DNA of 64,000 nucleotides from an uncultured Planctomycetales bacterium (lineage in GTDB: Bacteria > Omnitrophota > Gorgyraeia > Zapsychrales > GWA2-47-8). Position 1 is the first letter of the stretch, and each line of letters starts with the position of its first letter. Made by a program: the position numbers and the translations under genes. The stretch covers positions 4,011 to 68,010 of the forward strand of contig CAZCLW010000006.1 of assembly GCA_964499685.1 (NCBI GenBank). Reading direction: 5' to 3'. Below, piece by piece: positions 1 to 9,585 of the stretch. A model generated the notes under the pieces. That model saw nothing but the letters and a program-made list of their open reading frames with translations. It was not told the DNA's origin and ran no database searches.

Positions 1-571
1 TCGGCAACAACTGTTCGATTAAAGGTGTCTGAAGCAGCGGATTAAAAAACTGGTTATACGCAAGATAGATTTGATCATATGAGCCCGAGAGAAAAAGATG
101 GACCAGCTCTTGGCCGATTGCCTCTGCCTTCATGAAGCTGGGCTTGGTCGTAACATTTTCATAATATTTTTTTATCGCCACCCGATTGCGGAAAAACATA
201 TAGCCGCGCTTACCGCAACAGCTCACGTCAATCTTGGCATATTGACGTTTATGGAGGTTGATCCAATTAAGAAGTGCCTTATTCATATTGTGATTAAAAC
301 TTCCGCATAGGCCTTTATCCGAGGTCAATAGCAACACCAAGACATTCTTTACTTCAGGTTGCGGGTGAAGCAAGGGATGGGAAGTGGCGGAGACCGAGGC
401 CGCCAAACGGGCGATCAGGGCTTTAAGCTCTTGGGCGTATGCTTTGGACCTCGACTGGGCATGAAACATCTGTCGTAATTTGCTGGCCGAAACAAGTTTC
501 ATGGTCTTGGTCATTTTGGCCGTGTTCTTAAATGTGCTGAGCTTAGTTTTATACTCTTTAAGGGAAGGCAT
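1..571 (-). CDS. atpG: F0F1 ATP synthase gamma subunit. 5' part only: the start is at 571 and the gene runs off the window edge.
   Basis: Manual minus-strand translation from the ATG at 569-571 gives MPSLKEYKTKLSTFKNTAKMTKTMKLVSASKLRQ..., a typical AtpG N-terminus. It starts one nt after the atpA stop. It is absent from the ORF track because no stop falls inside the window. Confidence 0.85.
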   Translation of the reverse strand, partial: MPSLKEYKTKLSTFKNTAKMTKTMKLVSASKLRQMFHAQSRSKAYAQELKALIARLAASVSATSHPLLHPQPEVKNVLVLLLTSDKGLCGSFNHNMNKALLNWINLHKRQYAKIDVSCCGKRGYMFFRNRVAIKKYYENVTTKPSFMKAEAIGQELVHLFLSGSYDQIYLAYNQFFNPLLQTPLIEQLLP

Positions 572-2080
572 TTAAAATTTATAAATACGCTTAAAATCAG
601 TTAAGAGTTTATTCAGTTCATTCTTTATTTTATCGGTCAACGCCTTTTCTTTATTGAGAAGATGAATGAATTCCAAATACGTGGAATCCAATGCCTCATA
701 AAGCTTGGTTTCAAATTCTTCGATCCGGTTGACCGGAATATTGTCCAAGTATCCATTGGTGCCCGCGTAAATTAGAACGATTTGTTTGGCAACGGGTAAA
801 GGGTTATGGATCCCCTGCTTGATTACTTCCATGAGTCGCTGACCACGGTCGAGCTGCTTACGCGTAGTCGCATCCAGATCACTGGCAAACTGGGCAAAGG
901 CGGCCAGTTCGCGGTACTGGGCTAAATCCAAACGCAAGGTCCCTGCCGTCTGCTTCATGGCTTTGATTTGCGCATCCCCTCCGACGCGGGAGACGGAAAT
1001 GCCGGGATTAATGGCGGGACGCTGACCGGCATTAAAAAGGTCGGTTTCCAAAAAGATTTGTCCATCAGTAATGGAAATGACGTTTGTCGGAATATATGCA
1101 GAGACATCCCCTGCCTGAGTTTCGATAATCGGCAAGGCGGTGAGGCTGCCCTCACCTTTTTTAACGCTCATCTTGGCCGCGCGTTCCAATAAACGGCTAT
1201 GTAAATAAAAGATGTCTCCTGGATAAGCTTCTCGTCCCGGCGGACGCCGCAGCAGCAAGGAAAGCTGGCGGTAGGCTTGGGCCTGCTTGGTGAGATCGTC
1301 ATAAATGATCAAGGCATGGCGCCCACTATCACGGTAGTACTCCGCCATTGCGCATCCGGAATAGGGTGCTATAAACTGCATAGGGGCCGGATCAGAGGCC
1401 GTTGCGGCAATGATCGTCGTATATTCCATCGCGCCGTGTTTTTTCAACGTTTCATAAACTTGGACAACGGTAGAGCGCTTTTGACCGATCGCTACATAAA
1501 AACAATAAACCCCTTCTCCGCGCTGGCTGATGATGGTATCGATCGCCAAAGTGGTTTTCCCGGTCTTGCGGTCCCCAATGATAAGTTCCCGTTGGCCGCG
1601 GCCTATGGGAGTCAGGGCATCGATGACTTTAATACCGGTTTGTAAAGGCTCTTTAACATCCTGTCGCTCGATAATGCCAGGCGCCTTGACTTCTATCTTC
1701 CGAAATTCTTTAGCCTGAATGGGCGCGTTACCATCGATCGCCACACCCAAGGCGTCCACGATCCGGCCGACCAACGGTTCGCCTACAGGTACGGAAGCGA
1801 TCTTTTGCGTACGTTTGACACCGTCTCCTTCCTTGACGTGTTTATCTTCGCCGAAAATCGCAATGCCGACGTTATCTGTTTCCAGATTCATGGCCATTCC
1901 GCGGATTCCGGAAGCAAATTCCACCAATTCGCCGGCCATGACACCGGAGAGGCCATAGACACGGGCGATGCCGTCGCCGACATTCAAGACCGTTCCCACC
2001 TCATAGGAACGCGCCTTTGTTTCAAATTCAGCCAACTCTTTTTTTAATATCGCTGTGATCTCTGCGGGTTTTAATTCCAT
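572..2080 (-). CDS. atpA: F0F1 ATP synthase alpha subunit
   Basis: 502 aa with a GDRKTGKT P-loop and global AtpA similarity. ATG start verified. Confidence 0.95.
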   Translation of the reverse strand: MELKPAEITAILKKELAEFETKARSYEVGTVLNVGDGIARVYGLSGVMAGELVEFASGIRGMAMNLETDNVGIAIFGEDKHVKEGDGVKRTQKIASVPVGEPLVGRIVDALGVAIDGNAPIQAKEFRKIEVKAPGIIERQDVKEPLQTGIKVIDALTPIGRGQRELIIGDRKTGKTTLAIDTIISQRGEGVYCFYVAIGQKRSTVVQVYETLKKHGAMEYTTIIAATASDPAPMQFIAPYSGCAMAEYYRDSGRHALIIYDDLTKQAQAYRQLSLLLRRPPGREAYPGDIFYLHSRLLERAAKMSVKKGEGSLTALPIIETQAGDVSAYIPTNVISITDGQIFLETDLFNAGQRPAINPGISVSRVGGDAQIKAMKQTAGTLRLDLAQYRELAAFAQFASDLDATTRKQLDRGQRLMEVIKQGIHNPLPVAKQIVLIYAGTNGYLDNIPVNRIEEFETKLYEALDSTYLEFIHLLNKEKALTDKIKNELNKLLTDFKRIYKF

Positions 2081-2089
2081 ATGCTTTCC

Positions 2090-2641
2090 TCAACGGCTCA
2101 ATACGGCTTCACGGTATTTTTCCAATTGGGCGCGAATACTGTAATCATAGATCAGGTCGCCCACCTGAACTGTAAAACCTCCCAATAAATTCCGGTCAAG
2201 GCCAGTCTCGATCAAAATATCTTTGCCAAAATGTTTTTTTAATTTCCCCAAAATATTATCGATCTGGTCATCGCGCAATGGAGCAACGCTAGTCAATTTT
2301 GCCCGGATAATGTTGCCATGTTCATCGGACAATTGTTGAAAAACCTCGCAAATGGAAGGCAATGCGGGGAGGCGCTCTTTTTCCGCAAGGAACGCCAGGA
2401 ATTTTTGCATTACAGGATCCAACTTGCGTTCGAACAGCCGGTTAACTATCTCTGATTTTCGTTTGGGAGAAATGACCGGATTATTCAGAAAATCAATAAA
2501 TTCCGCGGATTCTTTTATCAGATCCGACAGGCGCTCAATATCGTGGCTGATTTTCTCAAATTTTTCCGCTTGGGTCGATTTCAGCAAGAGCCTCGCGTAA
2601 CGGTCGGCGACTTTATAATTTTTCATGGCTACCCGGATCAA
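2090..2641 (-). CDS. atpH: F0F1 ATP synthase delta subunit (OSCP)
   Basis: 183 aa, positioned between atpF and atpA, with delta-subunit-like sequence. Confidence 0.8.
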   Translation of the reverse strand: MIRVAMKNYKVADRYARLLLKSTQAEKFEKISHDIERLSDLIKESAEFIDFLNNPVISPKRKSEIVNRLFERKLDPVMQKFLAFLAEKERLPALPSICEVFQQLSDEHGNIIRAKLTSVAPLRDDQIDNILGKLKKHFGKDILIETGLDRNLLGGFTVQVGDLIYDYSIRAQLEKYREAVLSR

Positions 2642-3191
2642 AATCCTTTAAGAATTGATCAATGAGTTTTTGTTGTTTGTTGACATCCAAATTTTCTTGA
2701 ATAATTTTTTCAGCCAGAACCACAGCCAAATCAACGCTTTCCTTCTTTAAAATCGTCTTGGTCTTTTGGGCCAGGGCATTGATTTCATGGGTGGCGTTAT
2801 TAAGCGTAATCTGGGCTTCTTCTTTTGCTTTATACTCTATTATACTGGCGGCTTCCACCGCGGCACGGCGCGCACGGTCCAGGATTGCCTTGGCCTGTTC
2901 GTCGGCCTGGGCAATGCGCTGGGCACGAGCCTGCTCAATCTGCTCCAGCTCGGCTTTGGCCTTTTGCGCGTCGTCCAGAGACCGGCGAATTTTCGCTTCC
3001 CGCTCATCCAATGCCGCCAAGATAGGCTTCCAGGCAAACTTGTAAAGGATGCCTAGAAGCAAGAAAAAAGTAATCCATGTCAAGATAGCCATAGACAGAT
3101 CCGGGGTCATAATGCTCGGACTGGCTGGATTTCCTTCAAAATGAGATTCTTCGCGAACTTCCGCGATCAAGCTCTGAGTAGGATTGGCCAT
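2613..3191 (-). CDS. atpF: F0F1 ATP synthase subunit b
   Basis: 192 aa with an N-terminal TM helix followed by a long charged helix (AQKAKAELEQIEQARAQR...). Confidence 0.8.
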   Translation of the reverse strand: MANPTQSLIAEVREESHFEGNPASPSIMTPDLSMAILTWITFFLLLGILYKFAWKPILAALDEREAKIRRSLDDAQKAKAELEQIEQARAQRIAQADEQAKAILDRARRAAVEAASIIEYKAKEEAQITLNNATHEINALAQKTKTILKKESVDLAVVLAEKIIQENLDVNKQQKLIDQFLKDFDPGSHEKL

Positions 3192-3208
3192 AAACGATCG
3201 AATGATTT

Positions 3209-3439
3209 CTAGGCAGCCTTAATGGACAAAAAACAGATGACAGCGGCGAACAAGGCGACTCCTTCGATCAAGGCAGCGGCGATCAGCATGGCGGTCTGAA
3301 TTTTGCCGGCGGCTTCCGGTTGCCGGGCGATGCCTTCGACCGCAGCAGCGGCAAGCTTACCGATGCCATAGGCCGCCCCGATCGCGACTAAGCCGGCACC
3401 GAGCGCTGCAAGTGTTCCATGAAAATGCGTTGCTTCCAT
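3209..3439 (-). CDS. atpE: F0F1 ATP synthase subunit c
   Basis: 76-aa proteolipid with a GIARQPE loop and the conserved carboxylate helix (...LIEGVALFA...). Confidence 0.9.
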   Translation of the reverse strand: MEATHFHGTLAALGAGLVAIGAAYGIGKLAAAAVEGIARQPEAAGKIQTAMLIAAALIEGVALFAAVICFLSIKAA

Positions 3440-3533
3440 TATTGGTCCTTTCGTTTAAGGTTGTTACTCCCAAATGCGCGTGTATTATACTGATGTTCGA
3501 TTTATCTGTAAAGCGCTCTCGGAAAAATCATCC

Positions 3534-4292
3534 TTAATGCTGGGGATGATAAGTCTGGCCGATGAACATCGCCGATAATAGTGTAAATATATACGCCTGT
3601 AAAAATGCTACAAAAAGCTCCAGGAGAAAAATAAAGACCGCCAAAAGGACAGCCGGCAAAGCCACGATCCCAATCAGCACAACCAGCCCCAATAAAGCCA
3701 AGACGACAATATGACCAGCCAACATATTGGCGAACAATCGGATCATCAGGGCAAACGCGCGGATGAATAGACCAATGAATTCTATTGGTGCCAGAAGGAA
3801 CAGGATCGGCACTGGAACGCCGTGTGGGATTAAGGTCTTCAAGAATCCAACCATGCCATGTTTGTATATGGCGCCGAAGATCATGAACCCCAATGTAACC
3901 ACGGCAAGACTACCGGTCACGTTGATGTTGGATGTGGCTGTGGAAAAGACGGGGACCAGCCCCATAAGATTCAGCCCCAGGATGAAAAAGAAAAGTGTAC
4001 AGAACAGCGGTGTCATTTTGCGCCCGTCCTCTTCGCCCAGCGACGCAATCGATATCTCATCGCGGATAAACACGACAAATGTTTCCAGGAGATTCGTAAC
4101 TCCACTGGGGACATCGGCTTTTCGGTTATAAACAAAGCAAAAGAGCCAGATCAAAAAAATAGCGCAGAGGACAAGCATCACACCATGCAGGCTTAAAAAA
4201 GGCGGCAAATGAATGGTCGGCAAAAATGGCAAACGCCATTCCTGGGAATTCAGGACATGATGCGTGATATAGTCTTCAAGATTAAACGGCAT
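3534..4292 (-). CDS. atpB: F0F1 ATP synthase subunit a
   Basis: 252-aa polytopic membrane protein with the conserved Arg helix (...FALMIRLFANMLAGH...). Confidence 0.9.
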   Translation of the reverse strand: MPFNLEDYITHHVLNSQEWRLPFLPTIHLPPFLSLHGVMLVLCAIFLIWLFCFVYNRKADVPSGVTNLLETFVVFIRDEISIASLGEEDGRKMTPLFCTLFFFILGLNLMGLVPVFSTATSNINVTGSLAVVTLGFMIFGAIYKHGMVGFLKTLIPHGVPVPILFLLAPIEFIGLFIRAFALMIRLFANMLAGHIVVLALLGLVVLIGIVALPAVLLAVFIFLLELFVAFLQAYIFTLLSAMFIGQTYHPQH

Positions 4293-4306
4293 AGGCGGGG
4301 AAAACT

Positions 4307-4552
4307 TTAAACATCTTTCTTATTGCTTTTATCCTCTGCAGTGCGGATGACCCTCCATACTTCATATCCGCAATAGAGCAAACCTAAAAATATACCGGTC
4401 AAGGTCCAAAAATCTTCAGAACCGGTCTTTTGATCAATAAAATATCCTGTCAACGAAAAAAACGCCATGCCAGCAGCCATGTTCCAGCCCAGCGACATCC
4501 CCGAAAGATATTTTCTCGTATTTTCGGAGAATTTATTATGAAGGGCGGACAT
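4307..4552 (-). CDS. AtpZ/AtpI-family small membrane protein (ATP synthase protein I-like)
   Basis: Two-TM protein immediately upstream of atpB. The ATG at 4550-4552 overlaps the upstream stop as TAATG. The track's longer start at 4579 is a TTG. Confidence 0.6.
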   Translation of the reverse strand: MSALHNKFSENTRKYLSGMSLGWNMAAGMAFFSLTGYFIDQKTGSEDFWTLTGIFLGLLYCGYEVWRVIRTAEDKSNKKDV

Positions 4553-4863
4553 TAGCTTTTTGTATACCGCCACAGGCAAAAGGCGAAAAACAAGATGGTC
4601 AGCGCAAGCAGCATTCCTCCGGGCATGATCTTCTGGGTCTTTAAAAAGCGCATAAGGAAAACAATTCCCAGAGAACCGCCGAGCAGGCTTAAAAAGAGAA
4701 ATCCATGGCGGAGATTGACCTGCATCAAGTAAAACCCGACAAAAACAAGCGCGCCGGAGACCAGCCCCATGATCAATGAAACTTTGCTTCCGGCTTTTAA
4801 GCCAAAAAACGCACCGGCGATGAGGAACAACCCATAAGCTGCTACGATCAATTTATCGCTCAC
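4552..4863 (-). CDS. Small 4-TM membrane protein at the head of the atp operon (possible AtpI-like)
   Basis: 103 aa and hydrophobic throughout. Translationally coupled to the downstream AtpZ-like gene. Confidence 0.5.
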   Translation of the reverse strand: MSDKLIVAAYGLFLIAGAFFGLKAGSKVSLIMGLVSGALVFVGFYLMQVNLRHGFLFLSLLGGSLGIVFLMRFLKTQKIMPGGMLLALTILFFAFCLWRYTKS

Positions 4864-4871
4864 ATTCCCTC

Positions 4872-6227
4872 CTATTTTATGATTTGCGAAACGATCTGCT
4901 TGGCCGCGTCCATAATGTTTGGCCTGGGGTTCGGCAGAATAGATTCAACGGCATCGGCCAACGCCTTTATGAAACCTAAATGTGTTTCCAAAGCCCTGGT
5001 CATGCGGAAATCTTCAATGCCCAAATCGGCGGCGACCTTGCGATATTCGATGTCGATCTCGCATAGGGTTTCGATATGATCGCTCACAAATGAAAGCGGG
5101 ACGATCATGAGTTTTTTAATACCACGGCGGGCCAAGGCCTCCAACAGGCTTTCGATCGAGGGTTTAAGCCATTGGAGCGGACCCACGGCGCTTTGGTACC
5201 CGATAGTCCAGTTGTGATCGCGGTTCAATTTGGACAGGATGTTGGCTGTTGTCTGGCTAATCTGAAAGGCATAGGGATCCCCTTCCGTCAAGTTGTATAA
5301 AGGCAGTCCATGCGCTGAAAAAATAAGATAAAAATCGTCCAGGGACTCACCCGGTTTAAGCTGCTGGTAAATGCGGTCGACGAAACCATTGATATACGAC
5401 GGATGAAGATGGTAATCGGGCAGTGGCAGAAACTTCAATTCCGGAAAATCTTTCTGAGCGGCTTTTTTAAGATAATGAACGTTCGATCCGGTCGTCGCCG
5501 CGGAATAGTGCGGATAAAGACTGACAGGGAAAATATATTTTTTGTTAAGCCGTTTGGCTTCAGCAATCGTCTCTTCAGGAAGCGGCGGGCTGTAGTTGAA
5601 ACTGAACGTTACGTCAAAATTCCGGCCGCGCTTTTTTAACTCTTCCCGCAGGCAGGCAACTTGTTTTTGAGTGGACTCGAAAATGGGGCTTCCCCCGCCA
5701 ATCAGCTGATAACGTTCTTGAGAGGCCTTTCCGCGGAAGGTGACCAGCGCCCAGGCGAAAAATGACTGAAATAATGACGACAGCGGAAAGCGGATAAGTT
5801 GGGTATCATTGAACAATCTTCTCTGAAAATCCGGAACGTCCTCGTTGGTCTTAGGCCCTCCCATATTCAGCAAAGCGACCAACACTTCTTCATCCTTTAC
5901 GGAGGGGAAAATGCCGGGCGTGATTAAGTCGCGCGGGATCTGCTCTAATTTTTCCTTATCGGCAACATTCATTCTCTTTTTCCGTAAACGGCTTCCGAGA
6001 ATCTGTCCCCCTATGGCCAGAAGTATGCCAACGGGAATAAACCATGGATTGATGTGCAGCGAAATGCGAAGGTAGATGATCAGGGGGATGGATGCGTGTA
6101 TCCAGAACAGCCAGGACAATGAGAATTTGGGAGTGTTTTCTCTAATATATCCCAAAGGGATATTGACCAAAAAGGCTGTAAAGGCAATCGTCCAATAGGG
6201 ATGTAAAAGAAGAATTTGGCTTATCAT
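4872..6227 (-). CDS. hemH: Ferrochelatase with an N-terminal ~85-aa 3-TM extension
   Basis: The C-terminal ~330 aa are clearly ferrochelatase (...FSAHGLP..., ...VPLSFVSDHIETL...). The N-terminal 85 aa are hydrophobic and in the same frame with no stop. An internal Met (MNVADKEK) could be an alternative start. Confidence 0.85.
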   Translation of the reverse strand: MISQILLLHPYWTIAFTAFLVNIPLGYIRENTPKFSLSWLFWIHASIPLIIYLRISLHINPWFIPVGILLAIGGQILGSRLRKKRMNVADKEKLEQIPRDLITPGIFPSVKDEEVLVALLNMGGPKTNEDVPDFQRRLFNDTQLIRFPLSSLFQSFFAWALVTFRGKASQERYQLIGGGSPIFESTQKQVACLREELKKRGRNFDVTFSFNYSPPLPEETIAEAKRLNKKYIFPVSLYPHYSAATTGSNVHYLKKAAQKDFPELKFLPLPDYHLHPSYINGFVDRIYQQLKPGESLDDFYLIFSAHGLPLYNLTEGDPYAFQISQTTANILSKLNRDHNWTIGYQSAVGPLQWLKPSIESLLEALARRGIKKLMIVPLSFVSDHIETLCEIDIEYRKVAADLGIEDFRMTRALETHLGFIKALADAVESILPNPRPNIMDAAKQIVSQIIK

Positions 6228-6294
6228 TTGGTAGGCATTTTAGCATACTCGTCGTTAAAAGCAAGAAAAAGCGGTATTTCGGAAGGCGTTTTTG

Positions 6295-7347
6295 CTAGGG
6301 TAATTCGGAGTATTCGGGCTGAATGACTTGCAATTTCTGCAACTTCGCGTAAAACTCAATGACTTTATTGCCGATGATAGCTTCTACTGCGCTGACCGAT
6401 GCCTGGCGCCGACGCATGCTCTCATCCACGATCTTGTCCAGGTCATCGATCATATAAAGGGCCACTCCTTCCACTCCGGCAACATGTGGATCGATGTTAC
6501 GCGGCATGGAAATATCGACCAACACAAGTTTTCGTCCCTGACGCAACCGCATGATCTTTTCCACCGTATTGGCATCGAGAATATAGTGCGGCGCACCGGC
6601 TGAGCAAATACAGACATCGACTTCGCTTAAGATCTCTTTGATGTCGCAGAAGGAGCTTGATATCGCATTATACTGCTGCGCCAACTTCTCGCCATTCTCG
6701 GGCGTACGGTTCATGATATAAAGTTTGGCCAGTTCTTTTTGATGGATCTGATTGATCGCCATCTCGCTCATTTTCCCGGCACCAATGATCAAGAATTTTT
6801 TCCCTTTCAGCTCGCCCAACAGGCGTTCGATCATAACGATGGCGGCCCAGCTTACGGATGAACCCCCGGCGCTGATATCGGTCTCGGTCTGGGCTTTCTT
6901 GCCGGTCCTAATGGCGACATTTGAGAGGATATTAAACTGCTTTCCGAGCATGGCCTTTTCTCTTGCCCGTTCAAAGGCGCACTTAACCTGCCCGAGGATC
7001 TGCCGCTCGCCGACCACCAGCGAATCGATGCCGGAGGCCACTTTCAACAAATGCCTGATGGCTTCCTCCTTTTCATGGACATAAAAATGCTTTTTAATGT
7101 CCCTGGTAAGGTCGATCGCTTTGATGTCCGCGATAAGCTTTAAAAGGAATTCCGGAGAGACCTTTTCGATCAGATGGACATAAACTTCCGTGCGGTTACA
7201 GGTGGAAAGGACAAAGGCCTCGCAGACCTTCGGATGGCTCTTAAGCTCGCTTAAAAGCAGGTCTTGCTCTGTGGGGGTTAAAAAAAATCTTTCCCGTACT
7301 TCAATGGGTGCGGTTTTATGGTTGATCCCGATTAGTTTGATGTGCAT
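6295..7347 (-). CDS. hemA: Glutamyl-tRNA reductase
   Basis: 350 aa with a ...STCNRTEVY... active-site region and an NADP-binding GAGKMSE motif. Confidence 0.9.
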   Translation of the reverse strand: MHIKLIGINHKTAPIEVRERFFLTPTEQDLLLSELKSHPKVCEAFVLSTCNRTEVYVHLIEKVSPEFLLKLIADIKAIDLTRDIKKHFYVHEKEEAIRHLLKVASGIDSLVVGERQILGQVKCAFERAREKAMLGKQFNILSNVAIRTGKKAQTETDISAGGSSVSWAAIVMIERLLGELKGKKFLIIGAGKMSEMAINQIHQKELAKLYIMNRTPENGEKLAQQYNAISSSFCDIKEILSEVDVCICSAGAPHYILDANTVEKIMRLRQGRKLVLVDISMPRNIDPHVAGVEGVALYMIDDLDKIVDESMRRRQASVSAVEAIIGNKVIEFYAKLQKLQVIQPEYSELP

Positions 7348-7420
7348 GATTTGCCAGAATTAAAATTTTCTTATATTTACACAAAAAATATTCTTTGTAA
7401 ATGGGTAAATTGCTTTTGTC

Positions 7421-7663
7421 TCAGCCTCCGGCTACCGGGGGGATGAACGTGACCCGGTCACCGTTTTTAAGCGGTCTTTGCCATTGGACAAATTCGTCAT
7501 TAACGGCCGGCTTGACGGCCGTGCGCGGCAGCGTGAATCCAAATTTCTTAGTCAGTTCCTCATATAGTTCCAAGAGGGTTGCGGCTTCGGTCGAAAGACT
7601 TTCTTTGTCCTGCCCCCTCTGTTCCCGGAAGATCGCGTAATAATGCATTTGGACCGTCTTCAT
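7421..7663 (-). CDS. moaD: MoaD/ThiS-family sulfur-carrier protein
   Basis: 80 aa ending in a C-terminal GG, adjacent to mobA and moeA. Confidence 0.7.
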   Translation of the reverse strand: MKTVQMHYYAIFREQRGQDKESLSTEAATLLELYEELTKKFGFTLPRTAVKPAVNDEFVQWQRPLKNGDRVTFIPPVAGG

Positions 7664-8286
7664 CGCTTCCGGCCTCTTTTGAGCGCCGCGCGGGCCAAGC
7701 GGTACTCGCGGGGGTCATTGACATTATCGAGCGAATGCCGGTCAAGGGGCTTGAGCAGTTTGACATCCGAATTAATCATGATTTTCCGTGGACAGACGGT
7801 TCCGCGCCGGAAAAATGACAACATACGGCTCTTCGCTTTTGGTTCATAAACAGCGCATAGCGGTTCCGGCAGGCGGTCATAAACGCTTCGATAGGCTGTC
7901 GCCATCTGCCGCTGATCGCGTTTTTTTATCAAATTCCCTAAATCCCTGTCGTTCACAAACGGAAGATCGCAGCCCAAAACAAGCCAGGCCGCTTTGGGAT
8001 GTTTGTGCATGGCAGAAAGGATTCCCGCCAGAGGCCCGATATTTTGGAAGCGCTTAAGATCATGAATCAGCATGTTTTTATATGCCGGGATATTCTGGTC
8101 TTTACGCCTGGAAATATAAACCTTGGAACAAAAGAAAGAAAGAAGGTCGCGACAATGCTCGTACTGCGGGCGGTCGTGGTAGGACAACTTTGCCTTGTCT
8201 TTTTTCATCCGAGAGCTTTTTCCGCCGGCAAGAACAAGCCCGTAAAGACGAGGCCCGGGCTTCTTGGCGGGCCGTTGTATTACCAT
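7660..8286 (-). CDS. mobA: Molybdenum cofactor guanylyltransferase
   Basis: 208 aa with the nucleotidyltransferase motif LVLAGGKSSRM. Confidence 0.8.
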   Translation of the reverse strand: MVIQRPAKKPGPRLYGLVLAGGKSSRMKKDKAKLSYHDRPQYEHCRDLLSFFCSKVYISRRKDQNIPAYKNMLIHDLKRFQNIGPLAGILSAMHKHPKAAWLVLGCDLPFVNDRDLGNLIKKRDQRQMATAYRSVYDRLPEPLCAVYEPKAKSRMLSFFRRGTVCPRKIMINSDVKLLKPLDRHSLDNVNDPREYRLARAALKRGRKR

Positions 8287-9482
8287 CGGAACAGCCTCAA
8301 TCTTGTTCCACCTTTGAAATCATGCTCCCCGGCAGGGAATTCCGCAAAACCATCGCTGCGGGCCAATGCGGCAAAATCGCCGGACCCAGATATCGCTGTG
8401 GGACGAAGCAGTACCCGGCCGGATTCATCCATAATGATCTGTACAGGCGCGAAATAGGTGAGGTCTGTCTCTACATAGAAATCATCTTCCAGGATCCCCC
8501 ACTCCGTCGGCAGAGGCGCGCCCTGCGATTGGTGCAAATAGGGCAGCACATAACGGTAGGCGCAAATTTGCGTGGAAACGGGATTCCCGGGTAAGGCGAA
8601 GACGATCTTCCCTTCCCGGCTGGCGCCGAACCACATGGGCCTTCCCGGCTTCTGTTGGACTTTATGAAAGAGCATTTTTACGCCGAGACCTGCCAATGCC
8701 TGCGGGACCAGGTCCAGCTTCCCCATGGAGACCCCACCGCTCAGAATGATGACATCGAACGAACGAAGGATGTTGCGCAATTCCCAACGCATTTGCCGCA
8801 GATTGTCCTTTATATGGAAAATCTGCGCGGGACCGAAGCCGGATTTTTCCAAAATGGCCTGCAGAGCGAATGAATTGGATTTTCGGATATGAAACGGACT
8901 GATCATGAACGCATCAATATCGACCAATTCATTTCCGGTCGAAATGATCGCGATCTTAGGCTTACGCGTGACTTTGACCTTGGACTTTCAAACAGCGGCC
9001 AAGTCGCCGATATGTGCCGGCTGCAACCGACATCCCATTTCAAAAAGCAAATTACCTTTTTTATAGTCCGCGCCTTGCGGAACAACGTTGTCGCGCGGAT
9101 TAAGACTGATATGGTCGACGATTGTGGCCCGGCCCTTGTCGATGCGGACCTTCTCGATGGGTACCACGACATCCGCTCCAGGCGGGACGGCCGCACCTGT
9201 CATAATTTCAACACAATGTTTTTCTGATTTAAGCATCCGGCCCGCGCGCTGGCCGGCGCATTGCGTGCCTTGGATATAGAATTCGTTTATATCTCTTTTC
9301 CAGGCCGATGATTTAATAGCGATGCCGTCCATGGTGGCTTTTGTGAATGGCGGTTGATCGCGGTCAACATAAACATCTTCCCGCAAAACAGCCCCACACG
9401 CCTCGCGGAGACTGACCTTAGTCGCCAAAAAGACTTTTATGGTCTGTTGAATAATTTTTTCAGCTTCCTGAATGGTAATCAT
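8280..9482 (-). pseudogene. moeA: Molybdopterin molybdenumtransferase MoeA, interrupted by an in-frame TGA at 8988-8990 (minus strand)
   Basis: Track ORFs 8988..9482 (MoeA N-terminal domain) and 8280..8927 (MoeA C-terminal, ...GGVSMGKLD...) share one frame. Reading through the TGA gives a contiguous MoeA alignment (...DLAAV*KSKVKVTRKPKIAIISTGNEL...). Confidence 0.7.
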
Positions 9483-9585
9483 GGGGTACGCGCTGGTTTT
9501 AAAGTCAAATTGAACGCCGGGGATCCACTTGCTACAACGCTACATATTATCAAAGTGTAGTAAATACATCAATAGGGATGAAGGG

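Noticed and set aside
98-310. 70-aa plus-strand ORF at the window start
   Set aside because: It lies antisense inside the region that translates cleanly as AtpG on the minus strand. It has no SD and no homology.
8927-8990. Genome-wide UGA reassignment (code 25, UGA=Gly) as the explanation for the moeA TGA
   Set aside because: Every other long gene in 64 kb terminates normally and has no internal TGA. A recoded genome would fragment most ORFs.
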